A DNA stretch of 64,000 bases from Candidatus Poribacteria bacterium. GTDB taxonomy: Bacteria; Poribacteria; WGA-4E; PCPOR2b. The notes under the pieces were generated by a model. That model was given only the letters and a program-made list of their open reading frames with translations, made no database searches and was not told the DNA's origin. Position 1 is the stretch's first letter. Each line of letters begins with the position of its first letter. Of the stretch, positions 51,303-61,989 are shown in pieces. The position numbers and the translations under genes are program-made. The DNA is taken from NCBI GenBank assembly GCA_965215015.1, contig OZ244042.1, positions 1,056,001-1,120,000 on the forward strand, read 5' to 3'.

Positions 51303-52766
51303 TTACCTAGTGCCTCCTTTGATAACCTTCCAAGTTGTTCCAGTTCGACTATCTTGAAGCTCAACGTTGAGCTGCTTTAACTGGTCGCGAATTTTATCCG
51401 CCGTTTCCCAATCCTTACGTTGCCTAGCATCCTGACGCACCTCCAGAATGAGATTCATCAGTTGCTCAGTCAAGGCTGCATGTGCATCGCTAGCAACCTC
51501 CTCCTCGGCGTATATGCCAAGTACATTACCAACCTCAACCAAACTTTTGTACGCTTGACTTAGGATATTTCCTCTCCCATTCGAGGGCTGATCCCCGGTC
51601 GCTGCGAGAAATTGATTCACTTCGCCGACAAACTTAAAAATCGCCCCCAACGCCCCAGCGGTATTAAAATCCTCATCCATTGCAAACTCAAAGTCGTGGC
51701 GCATTGTATCAATAGATTGAAGTAAACATCCAGCTTCGACGTCGTTCAACGCACCAGAGGCATCCTCCTCTGCATCCTGATACGGTTTTAGAGCATCAAG
51801 GCAGTTACTCAACCGTCGAACAGCACTGCTCGATTCACTCAAGCTTGTTGAGTTATAATCTAACGGGTGCCGATACTGCGCGGAAATCAGAAAATGGCGA
51901 ATCGCTTCAGGTGCATATTGCTGCACGGCATCATGGACAAAAATAAAATTGCTTTCCGACTTGCCCATCCGGCGTCCATCAATTTGCAAAAATGCTACAT
52001 GCATCCAATACCGGGCAAAGGTGTTTCCAGTTGCTACCTCGCTTTGAGCAATCTCATTTTCATGGTGTGGAAATAGCAGGTCATGCCCACCGGCGTGAAT
52101 ATCAATCGTTTCACCGAGGTGCTTCATCGCCATGGCAGAACACTCGATATGCCAACCCGGTCTGCCCTTCCCCCAAGGGCTATCCCACCACGGCTCCCCC
52201 GCTTTCGATTTTTTCCAGAGATCGAAATCCCGCGCATCCTCTTTGCGTTCATCAACCTCAACACGAGCTCCGGCAAGTAAATCCTCCGGCTTGCGGTGAG
52301 ACAGCTTTCCATATTCTGCAAAGTGGTTGACACGATAATATACATCTCCATCAATCTCATAAGCTGCCTGTTTATCAATTAACGTCTGAATCAGGGTAAT
52401 TATCTCCGAGATGTGCTCGGTCGCCCTCGGATGAACGTCAGCCGCACGGATACCTAACTCGTTTGAGTCCTCAAAATAGGCATCCACATATTTCTGAGCT
52501 AATTGACAGGTATCAATCCCTTGCTCATTTGCACGATTGATAATCTTATCATCAATATCTGTCAGATTTTGAACCAGCCTGACGGTGTAACCCTTATATT
52601 CGAGGTAGCGACGCACAATGTCAGCAACCAAAAACGTGCGAGCGTTACCAATATGAAAGTAATCGTAGACAGTGGGGCCACAATTGTACATAAGGACTTT
52701 TCCCTCATGTAACGGCACAAATTCCTCCAACTGCCTTGTAAGGGAATTATAAATTTTTAATGCCAT
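51303..52766 (-). CDS. cysS: Cysteinyl-tRNA synthetase
   Basis: CGPTVY, HIGN, GRPGWHIEC, HHENE, RMGKS. Confidence 0.96.
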   Translation of the reverse strand: MALKIYNSLTRQLEEFVPLHEGKVLMYNCGPTVYDYFHIGNARTFLVADIVRRYLEYKGYTVRLVQNLTDIDDKIINRANEQGIDTCQLAQKYVDAYFEDSNELGIRAADVHPRATEHISEIITLIQTLIDKQAAYEIDGDVYYRVNHFAEYGKLSHRKPEDLLAGARVEVDERKEDARDFDLWKKSKAGEPWWDSPWGKGRPGWHIECSAMAMKHLGETIDIHAGGHDLLFPHHENEIAQSEVATGNTFARYWMHVAFLQIDGRRMGKSESNFIFVHDAVQQYAPEAIRHFLISAQYRHPLDYNSTSLSESSSAVRRLSNCLDALKPYQDAEEDASGALNDVEAGCLLQSIDTMRHDFEFAMDEDFNTAGALGAIFKFVGEVNQFLAATGDQPSNGRGNILSQAYKSLVEVGNVLGIYAEEEVASDAHAALTEQLMNLILEVRQDARQRKDWETADKIRDQLKQLNVELQDSRTGTTWKVIKGGTR

Positions 52767-52810
52767 CAGTTTTCTTTCTCATCTAGGACTGGAATCTTGC
52801 TCATTAACAC

Positions 52811-53284
52811 CTACTTTAATTGGACGAGGCAAACAACAGCTTCAGCGCCAACCGCTTTGCCTTCGCCAATGAAACCGAGCCGTTCCGACGTTGTCGCTTT
52901 GACATTCACCCGATCGGTTGAAATATCTAGCGTCTCAGCAAGGCGTTGGCGCATGGCGGGGATATAAGGCGCAAGTCTTGGACGCTGTATAATCACCGTA
53001 CTGTCCACGTTCTGAATTGCGTAATCCGTAGAAATTAAGACCTTTACCCTACTGAGCAAGATTAGGCTATCAATTCCGGCATAAGCCGCATCCGTATCGG
53101 GAAAATGCTGACCGATGTCGCCCAAGCCCGCTGCTCCTAGCATCGCATCGCAAATGGCATGGGTCAATACATCTGCATCGGAGTGCCCAATCAAACCCAA
53201 TTCGTATGGGATTGTCACCCCACCGAGTATCAATTTACGATTTTCCCCCAAGCGGTGAACATCGTAACCAATTCCTACGCGCAT
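52811..53284 (-). CDS. ispF: 2-C-methyl-D-erythritol 2,4-cyclodiphosphate synthase
   Basis: GYDVH, GHSDADV, GDIG, KATT. Confidence 0.96.
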   Translation of the reverse strand: MRVGIGYDVHRLGENRKLILGGVTIPYELGLIGHSDADVLTHAICDAMLGAAGLGDIGQHFPDTDAAYAGIDSLILLSRVKVLISTDYAIQNVDSTVIIQRPRLAPYIPAMRQRLAETLDISTDRVNVKATTSERLGFIGEGKAVGAEAVVCLVQLK

Positions 53285-53317
53285 GGCATCTATGAATGTC
53301 TACTATTTTTGAATTTT

Positions 53318-54013
53318 TTATGCTTCACGCATCAGGACTTCAGCAACAATCAGGTCCTCCGGGGTCGTGATCTTCAGGTTGCCATAGCTTCCCACGACGC
53401 ACTTCACCTGGAGTCCAAGCTGCTCGACCAGCGCTGCGTCATCGGTCAATTGAATCTGTTTTCGCTGGGCGTGCTGGTGGGCTTCCAGCAGCAGATCCCG
53501 CCGAAATACCTGCGGTGTCTGTACCGCCCAGAATTGGCTCCGATCCGGTGTATCGACGACAAAGCCGTCCCTATCTGTGATTTTTATGGTATCCTTGATA
53601 GGGACCGCAACGACCGCCGTCCCCCAATCCGCTGCCGCTTCGAGACAGGTGAAAATCATTTCATCGGTCACAAAAGGACGGACTCCGTCATGGACGACGA
53701 CGAAATCCGTATCATCTGGAAGCATTTTCAATCCGTTGAACACAGAATCTTGGCGTGTTTCGCCGCCGGGGACGAGCGCAGCAACTTTTTGGAAGTCGTA
53801 CGGCTCAATCACAATAGACCGGCAAGCGTCGAAATCCGTTTCATCAACAATAACAAAGATTGTATCGACAACAGCACTTCGATCAAATACACCAATCGTG
53901 TGCGTGAGGATCGGTTTGCCAAGCAGTTCTAGGTACGGTTTCTTAGTATGATGACGTCCCATTCGGCTTCCGCGGCCAGCTGCGGGAATAAGAACGCACG
54001 TCCTCTGGTTCAT
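53318..54013 (-). CDS. ispD: 2-C-methyl-D-erythritol 4-phosphate cytidylyltransferase
   Basis: PAAGRGSRM, HDGVRP, QTPQ, TDDA, KITTPED. Confidence 0.95.
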   Translation of the reverse strand: MNQRTCVLIPAAGRGSRMGRHHTKKPYLELLGKPILTHTIGVFDRSAVVDTIFVIVDETDFDACRSIVIEPYDFQKVAALVPGGETRQDSVFNGLKMLPDDTDFVVVHDGVRPFVTDEMIFTCLEAAADWGTAVVAVPIKDTIKITDRDGFVVDTPDRSQFWAVQTPQVFRRDLLLEAHQHAQRKQIQLTDDAALVEQLGLQVKCVVGSYGNLKITTPEDLIVAEVLMREA

Positions 54014-54992
54014 CACTGTCCACTTCATCAGTCTTCGTACGCGTAAAAATCATCCGACCAGCGGTAGTCTGCAATGTTTGGGTGACAATCGCATCGATCG
54101 TCTGTCCAACATATTGCCTACCGTATTCGACAATGACCATTGTCCCGTCATCAAGATACCCAACCCCCTGGTTCGGTTCCTTCCCTTCGCGAAGAACGCG
54201 CACCTGAATAACCTCACCAGCAACGACGACCGGACGAACCGAATTCGCAAGTTCGTTGATGTTAAGCACCGTTACACCCTGAAGTTCAGCCACTTTATTC
54301 AAGTTGAAATCATTCGTAATGATTTTCGCCCCAATTTCCTGAGCAAGATGAATCAACTTGGCATCTACTTCTGCCACTTCGGGAAAATCTTCTTCAGTTA
54401 CCTCAACGTCGATGTCAGGATTGTTTTGCATCAAACGTAAAATCTCGAAGCCACGTCGTCCCTTGTTGCGACGAAGTAGATCGGAAGAATCCGCGATATG
54501 TTGCAATTCATTTAAGACAAACCGGGGAATTACAAACATACCATCAATAAATCCAGTTTGGCAAATATCCAAAATACGTCCATCGATAATAACGCTTGTA
54601 TCCAAGACCTTAACCGTTGGAGACTTGGATTGTAACCCGGGCGTTGTGAGGGAAAACAGTGCAAAGGCATCTCGCCTACGATAGACAATCATTGTCCCCA
54701 CATAAGCACATGAAAGAACGATACCTGCCGTCAATGCAGGACCAATCGTGCCAGCTGTTGCTCGAATAATATAAATAATAAGGCTAGCTACAATCAAACC
54801 AAACGTCAGTCCAGCGAAGCAGACGAAAAAATCTCGTAGCAGTAGGCGTGGAATTGATACCTCAATACCTACCAGAATGATAGTAACAAAAAAACCGATA
54901 ACACCTCCTGTGAAATCACTGATGATAAACCCTAACGCTGCACCAAACAACGTAAAAGCGATGCGGATAATCCAAATTTGCACCCGAGCCAC
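53943..54992 (-). CDS. Membrane-anchored PIN/TRAM domain protein (YacL-like)
   Basis: LDTSVIIDGRI, TNDFNL, GYLDDGTMV, QTTAGRMIF. Confidence 0.92.
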   Translation of the reverse strand: MARVQIWIIRIAFTLFGAALGFIISDFTGGVIGFFVTIILVGIEVSIPRLLLRDFFVCFAGLTFGLIVASLIIYIIRATAGTIGPALTAGIVLSCAYVGTMIVYRRRDAFALFSLTTPGLQSKSPTVKVLDTSVIIDGRILDICQTGFIDGMFVIPRFVLNELQHIADSSDLLRRNKGRRGFEILRLMQNNPDIDVEVTEEDFPEVAEVDAKLIHLAQEIGAKIITNDFNLNKVAELQGVTVLNINELANSVRPVVVAGEVIQVRVLREGKEPNQGVGYLDDGTMVIVEYGRQYVGQTIDAIVTQTLQTTAGRMIFTRTKTDEVDSDEPEDVRSYSRSWPRKPNGTSSY

Positions 54993-55011
54993 CCCCTTTC
55001 TTAATCAGGAC

Positions 55012-55290
55012 TTGACGTACTCCCAATCCTAAAATCTTGGGATTTCCTCCCGATTAGATCGAGACGGATTTGCATAGGCGCCATTGAAATCGAATACCTA
55101 TAGGGGACGCCATGACCCCAACTACGGGACTCAGCAGGAATCCCGGTACTTTGTCCAGATATTGATTGCACCGACACCGTTTTAGAATAGCAGCACCCAG
55201 ACTCACAAGCAAGCATATCCAATCCAGGCGTTGGTGCCGCTTTGATTTTTTTCGTAGTGTACACATTAGACGCCCAACGTATCTCAAGAC
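55012..55290 (-). mobile_element. Decayed IS200/IS605-family tnpB 3' end and right-end hairpin
   Basis: Frame fragments NGVGAINIWTKY and PVVGVMASPIGIRF; terminal GGAAATCCCAAGATTTTAGGATTGGGAGTACGTCAA. Confidence 0.65.
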
Positions 55291-55433
55291 AAAAATGCTA
55301 AAGCAGAAACTATATCCTAAACTTAAAAGATAGGGATTCAGACCTAAAGGAATTTTTGTTAAAGAACAAAATAGGATTACCTGTCTTCTTATCTCGTTTT
55401 CCCGTCTTTTGTGGGCTCATCAGGCATATTTAT

Positions 55434-56792
55434 TTAAAGCAGTGTACCTAGCGCACCATAAAGATCTTTAACACCAATTAAGTCAATATCTTCCTTCAAT
55501 TCTAAGCCTTTACGGTTGGACTCGGGGAAAACCGCGCAATTAAAACCTAACTTTGCAGCTTCGAGTAACCGTTTCTCAATATGTGCAACGGCCCGAACCT
55601 CTCCACCCAGACCAACCTCACCAATGACAACTGTCCGTGGGTCGATAGCTATATCTCGGTGACTCGACGTTATCGCTATGGCAGCACCCAAATCAATGCC
55701 CGGCTCATCAACGCGCATCCCGCCTGCAATATTGACAAATATATCCGAATCGCCGATGTCAAGCCCAACCCGTTTCTGTAATACCGCCAGTAACAACGCG
55801 ATGCGTTGGCGGTCTACCCCCGCTGCCGTATTGCGGGGAAACCCAAAGTTTGCAGGAGAAACCAACGCTTGGAGCTCCAGCAGTAGCGGACGGGTGCCCT
55901 CAATGCTCGACACCACCACCGATCCGGAGGTATTCTCCTGTCGTTCATTGATAAAAAGTTCTGATGGATTCTTAACTTCGACAAGCCCTCGGCCCAACAT
56001 CTCAAAAATCCCGATTTCATTAGTTGAACCAAATCGATTTTTTACCGCACGCAGCACACGGTAGATGTGCTGCCGCTCCCCTTCAAAATAGAGAACGGTA
56101 TCAACCATGTGCTCTAAAACGCGGGGACCTGCCAGGGAGCCTTCTTTGGTCACATGCCCAACGAGGATAATCGGAATGTTTTTACTTTTCGCAATAACCA
56201 ATAGTTGCGCCGCGCTTTCACGAACCTGCGTTACACTACCGGGAGCAGATTGTAATCCGGGAAGATAGACCGCTTGAATCGAATCGATAACAACCATACG
56301 GGGGTTGAGTTGCGTAATATGCGATTCAATCTGCTCCAAGTTATTTTCACACAGAACGTATAATAAATCAGAGGTGATGCCGAGCCGATTTGCGCGCAGC
56401 TTTGTTTGGGCAACAGACTCCTCACCCGACACATACAACACTCCTCCATAAATGCGGCTCAACGCATCGCTCACCTGTAACAGTATCGTCGATTTACCAA
56501 TTCCCGGATCGCCCCCAATCAATACGACGGACCCCGGCACAATCCCACCACCCAGGACCCGATCAAATTCGCCAATTCCTGTGAGCTGCCGGTCCGACTC
56601 ACTCGCACTGATTCGCGTAATAGGCGCGGGATCGCTTGCGGGCTGTCCGGCGAGCCGTGGGTGCGTAGAAACCGCTGCCTGGATCTCTTCAGCGAAAGTA
56701 TTCCATTTGTCACATTCCGGACAGCGACCAAGCCATCTGATAGAGGAGTGACCACATTCCTGACAAACGAACTGCCGGCTCTCTTTTGCCAT
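55434..56792 (-). CDS. radA: DNA repair protein RadA/Sms
   Basis: CQECG...CPEC, GDPGIGKS, KNRFG, GEVGLGGE. Confidence 0.96.
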   Translation of the reverse strand: MAKESRQFVCQECGHSSIRWLGRCPECDKWNTFAEEIQAAVSTHPRLAGQPASDPAPITRISASESDRQLTGIGEFDRVLGGGIVPGSVVLIGGDPGIGKSTILLQVSDALSRIYGGVLYVSGEESVAQTKLRANRLGITSDLLYVLCENNLEQIESHITQLNPRMVVIDSIQAVYLPGLQSAPGSVTQVRESAAQLLVIAKSKNIPIILVGHVTKEGSLAGPRVLEHMVDTVLYFEGERQHIYRVLRAVKNRFGSTNEIGIFEMLGRGLVEVKNPSELFINERQENTSGSVVVSSIEGTRPLLLELQALVSPANFGFPRNTAAGVDRQRIALLLAVLQKRVGLDIGDSDIFVNIAGGMRVDEPGIDLGAAIAITSSHRDIAIDPRTVVIGEVGLGGEVRAVAHIEKRLLEAAKLGFNCAVFPESNRKGLELKEDIDLIGVKDLYGALGTLL

Positions 56793-56817
56793 TTTAAGTC
56801 CCAACGTCTAAGCCAGT

Positions 56818-58383
56818 TTACCAATTCTTCGACGTGAATCGAAGGCCCGCTGTATAGCGGATATCACCCGATGTCAAATCTTCCGCACCGATGATTATTT
56901 GTCCGTAGGGCAAAAACCGCCATGCCACCTCCGTGCCGAGTTCCGGGTTCTTGCTAGTCAAATGCGTTCCCTCAAAGGTAATACCAAGTTTCCGAGAGAG
57001 CAGCCATATATCGAGTCCCAAGCCAACTTTTGACCACATGAACCCAACACGACCACGCAGATTGTTTGTGAAATCATAACCGTACTGGAAGTCCAGCTTT
57101 ATCTCTTCCGCACGCGTCCCCAAACCGAATCGGTATCGCTGGTTGCCCGAAGTAAAGAGCAGAACGCTTAACTCGTTGTGCAGGCTCTCCTCAAGGCTTA
57201 AATAACGGAGCTCGTAATCCCAACCGAACTCAGGTATTTTGAATTTCTCCGAGCCCTGATCTAACGTCCGAGATAGGTCCTGAAACGCAAGCATTGTGTC
57301 GTCTACTGTTTTTACTGTACCCCGCACTTCATTGAGGACATCTGGTTTATTCAACAACTGAGCGATGCTGCCATCCCCATGCTGCGCCGTATGAAGCAAC
57401 TGAGTCAAATTATCGCTCAGGCCCTCTAACTCTTGAGTGGCATTCGTGAGGTTTTCGAGCAACTTATTGACTTTCGGCTTTTCAGTCGCAATCACCTCTT
57501 GGCTTTGTGCAATCAGATCCAAAAGTCCGGCGGTCAACTTATCAAGATCTTGATCTAACTGTTCGGACATCTCACGAAAGGTTGTGGCACCCATCTGTAA
57601 ATCGGAGATTAGCTGTTCCACAGGGAACGAATTACGATTTACTAGCTCAAGGACAATTCGATTAATATCACCAATCTGGCTACTGATTAGCAAAGCATCA
57701 CTTTCTAATCTATTCATCAGACGATCGAATCGTTTATAGGTTTGTGCCAAGCGAAAATCGTTCTCTTGTGCGATACGATTCAGGTTTTTTACGGCTTCAT
57801 CCGTACTTCCAACTATCTCCGTTAAAGCGCGGCTGGTCTGCTCAATGAGTGCCCGCATCTCCACAATACCCGCGCTAATGTTCGTTTGATTAGATTGTAT
57901 CAACTGATTTGCGGATTCGATAAATTGTTTGCCTTGGCGAAGGGTTTGCTCCGCCTGTGCAGCGAAATCCGAAATGTCAAGTGGATCTTGCCCCGTCAGT
58001 GGAAGATCCGTCGGTTTCAAGTTCAGATTTCCAACGGGCCCATTGGTCAAATGAATATACGCTTCGCCAACAAAACCGATGACACCAACTTTTACTTGAC
58101 AACCTTGACGAAGCCTTTGAAAAGCGTCCTTGACGCGCATCTGAACCTCAACACGGGTTCCACTCTTATTGAGATCAACGCTAGTGACTTTGCCGACCTG
58201 CACACCGGCGAGTTGAACCTTAGCACCAACGCGGAGATCACCCGCATTATTAAAGTTGACCCGCAACAACTCACCACTCACGCTCCAGGGGGAATTGGCG
58301 GCATTCACTATTAGAACCACAAGGACAATAATACCAACGAGGACAACAAGCCCTACCTTGAGCTGCACACTCCACGACCCCAT
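56818..58383 (-). CDS. mlaD: Long MlaD/MCE protein with helical extension and C-terminal beta-rich domain
   Basis: N-terminal TM, GAKVQLAGVQVGKV MCE motif, long coiled coil, alternating beta strands at C-terminus. Confidence 0.82.
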   Translation of the reverse strand: MGSWSVQLKVGLVVLVGIIVLVVLIVNAANSPWSVSGELLRVNFNNAGDLRVGAKVQLAGVQVGKVTSVDLNKSGTRVEVQMRVKDAFQRLRQGCQVKVGVIGFVGEAYIHLTNGPVGNLNLKPTDLPLTGQDPLDISDFAAQAEQTLRQGKQFIESANQLIQSNQTNISAGIVEMRALIEQTSRALTEIVGSTDEAVKNLNRIAQENDFRLAQTYKRFDRLMNRLESDALLISSQIGDINRIVLELVNRNSFPVEQLISDLQMGATTFREMSEQLDQDLDKLTAGLLDLIAQSQEVIATEKPKVNKLLENLTNATQELEGLSDNLTQLLHTAQHGDGSIAQLLNKPDVLNEVRGTVKTVDDTMLAFQDLSRTLDQGSEKFKIPEFGWDYELRYLSLEESLHNELSVLLFTSGNQRYRFGLGTRAEEIKLDFQYGYDFTNNLRGRVGFMWSKVGLGLDIWLLSRKLGITFEGTHLTSKNPELGTEVAWRFLPYGQIIIGAEDLTSGDIRYTAGLRFTSKNW

Positions 58384-58404
58384 CGATTACCTCTCCTGCA
58401 ATTG

Positions 58405-59142
58405 TCAATCCTGATGATGGTTTTCATTAGCAATAAATTGCTGTAGAACCGGGTTATCAATCTTCCAAATTTCATCTGGGGTTCCGTGAGCAATCACCTG
58501 ACCGTGGTGTATCATTGCCATCCTGGTCCCGACTGAAAACGCGCTATCCATATCGTGCGTCACAACAACGGAAGTTACGTGCAGTTTCTGATGTAAGTCG
58601 CGTATCAGTCGGTTGATTTCTACCGCTGTAATCGGATCTAATCCTGTCGTCGGTTCATCATACAATATCACTTCTGGGTTGCAAGCAATAGCACGGGCAA
58701 GCCCCACTCGCTTTCGCATGCCGCCACTGAGCTCTGCCGGTCTCAGGTTCTGGGTATTATCTAGGTCGACCAAATGTAGCTTTTCGGCGACAATTTCGTC
58801 AATTTCACGCTTACTCAGTTTCATATGCTGGGAGACCATAAAACCGACATTTTCCCCAACAGTCATGGAGTCAAAAAGGGCCGCCGATTGGAAAAGCATA
58901 CCCAGTTTTCGTCGGGTACGATTCAAGGCTTTTCGTGTGAGCATCGTGATATCTTCACCATCAATCCAAATTTGCCCTTGGTCCGGCTTCATTAACCCGG
59001 TAATCAGTTTAAGCAGAACACTTTTCCCACAGCCGCTGCGTCCCATAATGACCAATGTCTCGCCGCGAGGGATGTACAACTCAACCCCGGTAAGGACCTC
59101 TTTATTTTCAAAGTTTTTCCAAAGATTCTCAATCCAAATCAT
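58405..59142 (-). CDS. mlaF: ABC transporter ATPase MlaF
   Basis: GRSGCGKS, FQSAALFDS, LSGGM, YDEPT. Confidence 0.9.
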   Translation of the reverse strand: MIWIENLWKNFENKEVLTGVELYIPRGETLVIMGRSGCGKSVLLKLITGLMKPDQGQIWIDGEDITMLTRKALNRTRRKLGMLFQSAALFDSMTVGENVGFMVSQHMKLSKREIDEIVAEKLHLVDLDNTQNLRPAELSGGMRKRVGLARAIACNPEVILYDEPTTGLDPITAVEINRLIRDLHQKLHVTSVVVTHDMDSAFSVGTRMAMIHHGQVIAHGTPDEIWKIDNPVLQQFIANENHHQD

Positions 59143-59222
59143 TTAACTTACGACAGAGGGACAGCACAGTTAGAGAACGAGTATAATCCAGACAACCCTT
59201 ATCCCTCATTCCGTTCCTCCGG

Positions 59223-60083
59223 CTATTCCAACCCCCAAATTGTATAAAGCAAATGGTTCAAAAAAGCGTCCAACGCTAAGATGGCAATCAGTGAAGTGAC
59301 CGCCGAGCCTGTTGTAGATTTACCAACCCCTTCCGCGCCGTCCGCTGAAGATATTGTAAACCCTTTGTAACAACCAATTGAAGCAATCGCCATTCCAAAT
59401 GCTGACGCCTTAACAAGACTAATAATAATACCGTTAATAAACAAATTGGCTTGGGCTAGTTTGAGAAAAAAAAGACCGTTCATATCAAATAGGGTAACGG
59501 CTGCAAGATAACCACCAGCAACTCCAAAAACAATCGCAAAAAGGGTTAGGATCGGTAGCATAATTGCACAGGCAAGAAAACGGGGAACAACGAGGTACTT
59601 GACGGGGTTAGTTGCCATAACCTCAAGGGCATCTATTTGTTCGGTTACTTTCATGGTACCAAGTTCCGCCGTAATTGACGCGCCGATCCGCCCCGCAAGT
59701 ACAAACGCAGTGACCATCGGTCCAAGCTCTTTGACGACAGACACACTGACAAACCTGCCCAGCGTGCCTTCTGCTGAAATCTGTTTGAGCTGATGGTATC
59801 CCTGCGTTGCCAATACCATGCCGGTAAAAAGTCCGGAGACTAGTACAACCGATATCGAATTGACACCAATCAAAGACAACTGATGAACCAGCAGTTTAAG
59901 TTGAAATGGCCGCCTAAAGGCTAACGTCCAGGTCTCCCAAACCAGAAGGGTTGCACTCCCAAGCCCAGATATCCAGTTCAAGGCTCGGCAGCCCACAACA
60001 TCAACAAACCGGACTAACAGGTTACGCGAATCGTATAGCGTCTGACAGCGGATAGGCAGTCGGTTATTCATAGGCAATCTCAC
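59223..60083 (-). CDS. mlaE: ABC transporter permease MlaE
   Basis: ELGP, AELGTMKVTEQIDAL, PR, GAEGVG; exact start uncertain. Confidence 0.9.
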   Translation of the reverse strand: MRLPMNNRLPIRCQTLYDSRNLLVRFVDVVGCRALNWISGLGSATLLVWETWTLAFRRPFQLKLLVHQLSLIGVNSISVVLVSGLFTGMVLATQGYHQLKQISAEGTLGRFVSVSVVKELGPMVTAFVLAGRIGASITAELGTMKVTEQIDALEVMATNPVKYLVVPRFLACAIMLPILTLFAIVFGVAGGYLAAVTLFDMNGLFFLKLAQANLFINGIIISLVKASAFGMAIASIGCYKGFTISSADGAEGVGKSTTGSAVTSLIAILALDAFLNHLLYTIWGLE

Positions 60084-60148
60084 ACCGGATAACGGTTACA
60101 AGGAAAATTTAATGGTTCCTAAACATGAGGGGTCCAGTTACTCTGCTT

Positions 60149-61483
60149 CTACTGGTAGGCCATGTTGGCAAATCGCATCTGCGTTTTATTGAATTCCAAT
60201 CGAACTGTCCCTGTTGGCCCATTACGCTGCTTTTTGATAATTAGATCGGCAGTTCCTTGGTCATCTGCATTTTCATCGTAATAGTCTTCTCTATATAAAA
60301 AAGCAACTAAATCAGCATCCTGCTCAATCGCTCCCGATTCTCGTAAATCCGATAGCAGCGGACGTTTATCCGGGCGCTTCTCAACCTCACGACTCAGCTG
60401 AGAACAGGCGATAATCGGCGTATCCAGCTCCCAAGCAAGAGTTTTGAGTGCACGTGAAATATCGGAAATCTCTTCTACCCGTCCGGAATATCTACCCGAA
60501 CCACTCAGCAGCTGCAGGTAGTCAATAATCATTACCGCAAGGTCCTCGTGTTCACCTTTCAAACGGCGAGCTTCTGCACGCACAGTCTGTACGCTAATCC
60601 CTCTCATATCATTGATAAAAATCGGTACGGACATTAAGCTGCTAACCGCCTGTGTCAACCCTGTCCAATCCTCACCCGTCAAGTTTCCGATACGAAGGTT
60701 ACCAAAGTTAATCCGGGCTTCAGCAGCCAGCATCCGCAATAGTACCTGCTGCGTCGGCATCTCAAGGCTGAATATCGCGACCGGCAGCTCCTGTTCAATC
60801 GCGATATTTTGAGCCATATTCAGCACTAAGGTACTCTTACCCATGCTAGGACGTGCTGCAATAATAATCAAATCACCACGTTGCAACCCCGAGGTCATTA
60901 AATCGAAATCGGTAAAGCCCGTCGGTATGCCGACAAATTGATCTTGTTTATGGAATAGCTCTTCGATCCCTGCCAAGGTCTCCTTGACAATCGAACCAAC
61001 CGATACAAAGCCTTGGTCATTATCCGATTGACCGAGACGAAAGATGCCCTCCTGAGCCTGATCCAGAACCTCCCGGAGTTCCTGTTCCTGATCCCGCGCC
61101 AGATTGCTTATCTGCTCCCCTGCCTGCACCAATTGCCGGCGTGTCGATTTCTCCCGAACAATCTGGGCATAGAACTCGGTACTGTCCGTTTCAACGATTC
61201 GGGCTTGTAGATCATAGAGATACAAATCCCCGCCCGCTCGATTGAGATTGTTTGTTTTTTCGAGCTCATCCGACACAAGGAGCGCATCTACCCTGTTATG
61301 ACGCTCATAAACAGCAAGAACTGCTGTATAAATGAGCTGGTGATCTGCGGTAAAAAAAACTTCCGAAGTATGACCGAGGATAGCGATCACACGGGGAATC
61401 GCTGCGCTATCCACCATCATTGCTCCAAGCACAGCTTGCTCCGATTCCCTGTCGTGTAGAGGTTCGGTAGTTTTGGTATTCAT
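60149..61483 (-). CDS. dnaB: Replicative DNA helicase
   Basis: AARPSMGKS, IDYLQL, SQLSR, DLRESGAIEQDAD, KQRNG. Confidence 0.96.
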   Translation of the reverse strand: MNTKTTEPLHDRESEQAVLGAMMVDSAAIPRVIAILGHTSEVFFTADHQLIYTAVLAVYERHNRVDALLVSDELEKTNNLNRAGGDLYLYDLQARIVETDSTEFYAQIVREKSTRRQLVQAGEQISNLARDQEQELREVLDQAQEGIFRLGQSDNDQGFVSVGSIVKETLAGIEELFHKQDQFVGIPTGFTDFDLMTSGLQRGDLIIIAARPSMGKSTLVLNMAQNIAIEQELPVAIFSLEMPTQQVLLRMLAAEARINFGNLRIGNLTGEDWTGLTQAVSSLMSVPIFINDMRGISVQTVRAEARRLKGEHEDLAVMIIDYLQLLSGSGRYSGRVEEISDISRALKTLAWELDTPIIACSQLSREVEKRPDKRPLLSDLRESGAIEQDADLVAFLYREDYYDENADDQGTADLIIKKQRNGPTGTVRLEFNKTQMRFANMAYQ

Positions 61484-61536
61484 CGCTCAAACCCGGACGT
61501 TATCGAACATTCTTTAAGACTTATAGAATATCATGA

Positions 61537-61989
61537 TCAGGGAGACTCTTCACGAACAACAACAACTTGAATATTGGCGGTAACGTCAGCGTGGAAGCGG
61601 ATGGGGACCATAAAAATACCCAATTCTCTAATCGGTTCTTCTAATTCAATATTCCGCCGATCCACCTCAATATCTTGGTTGGCGAGCGACTCTGCGATAT
61701 CCATGGAGGTAATCGATCCAAAAAGCCGATCGTTTTCTCCAGCGCGCCTTTCGATTGTGCACGTTACTTCTGCGATACGGCTCGCAATTTCTGTTGCCCT
61801 GACTTTTGCTTTTTCACCCTGGACCGCTAGCAACTGACGCTCATGCTCAAGCATTCGTCGGTTTTTTTCTGTTGCTCGAACCGCAAGCTGCATGGGGATT
61901 AGATAGTTGCGGGCATAGCCATTGGCAACCGTTAAAATATCCCCTTCATCTCCAAGTGTTTCTACTCTTTTTTTTAGAATAACTTCCAT
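61537..61989 (-). CDS. rplI: 50S ribosomal protein L9
   Basis: GYARNYL, LFGSIT. Confidence 0.96.
   Translation of the reverse strand: MEVILKKRVETLGDEGDILTVANGYARNYLIPMQLAVRATEKNRRMLEHERQLLAVQGEKAKVRATEIASRIAEVTCTIERRAGENDRLFGSITSMDIAESLANQDIEVDRRNIELEEPIRELGIFMVPIRFHADVTANIQVVVVREESP

Noticed and set aside
53159-53932. 257-aa plus-strand ORF
   Set aside because: Antisense to ispD/ispF with no recognisable motifs.
60149-61483. Intein in dnaB
   Set aside because: Normal length (444 aa) with contiguous motifs.
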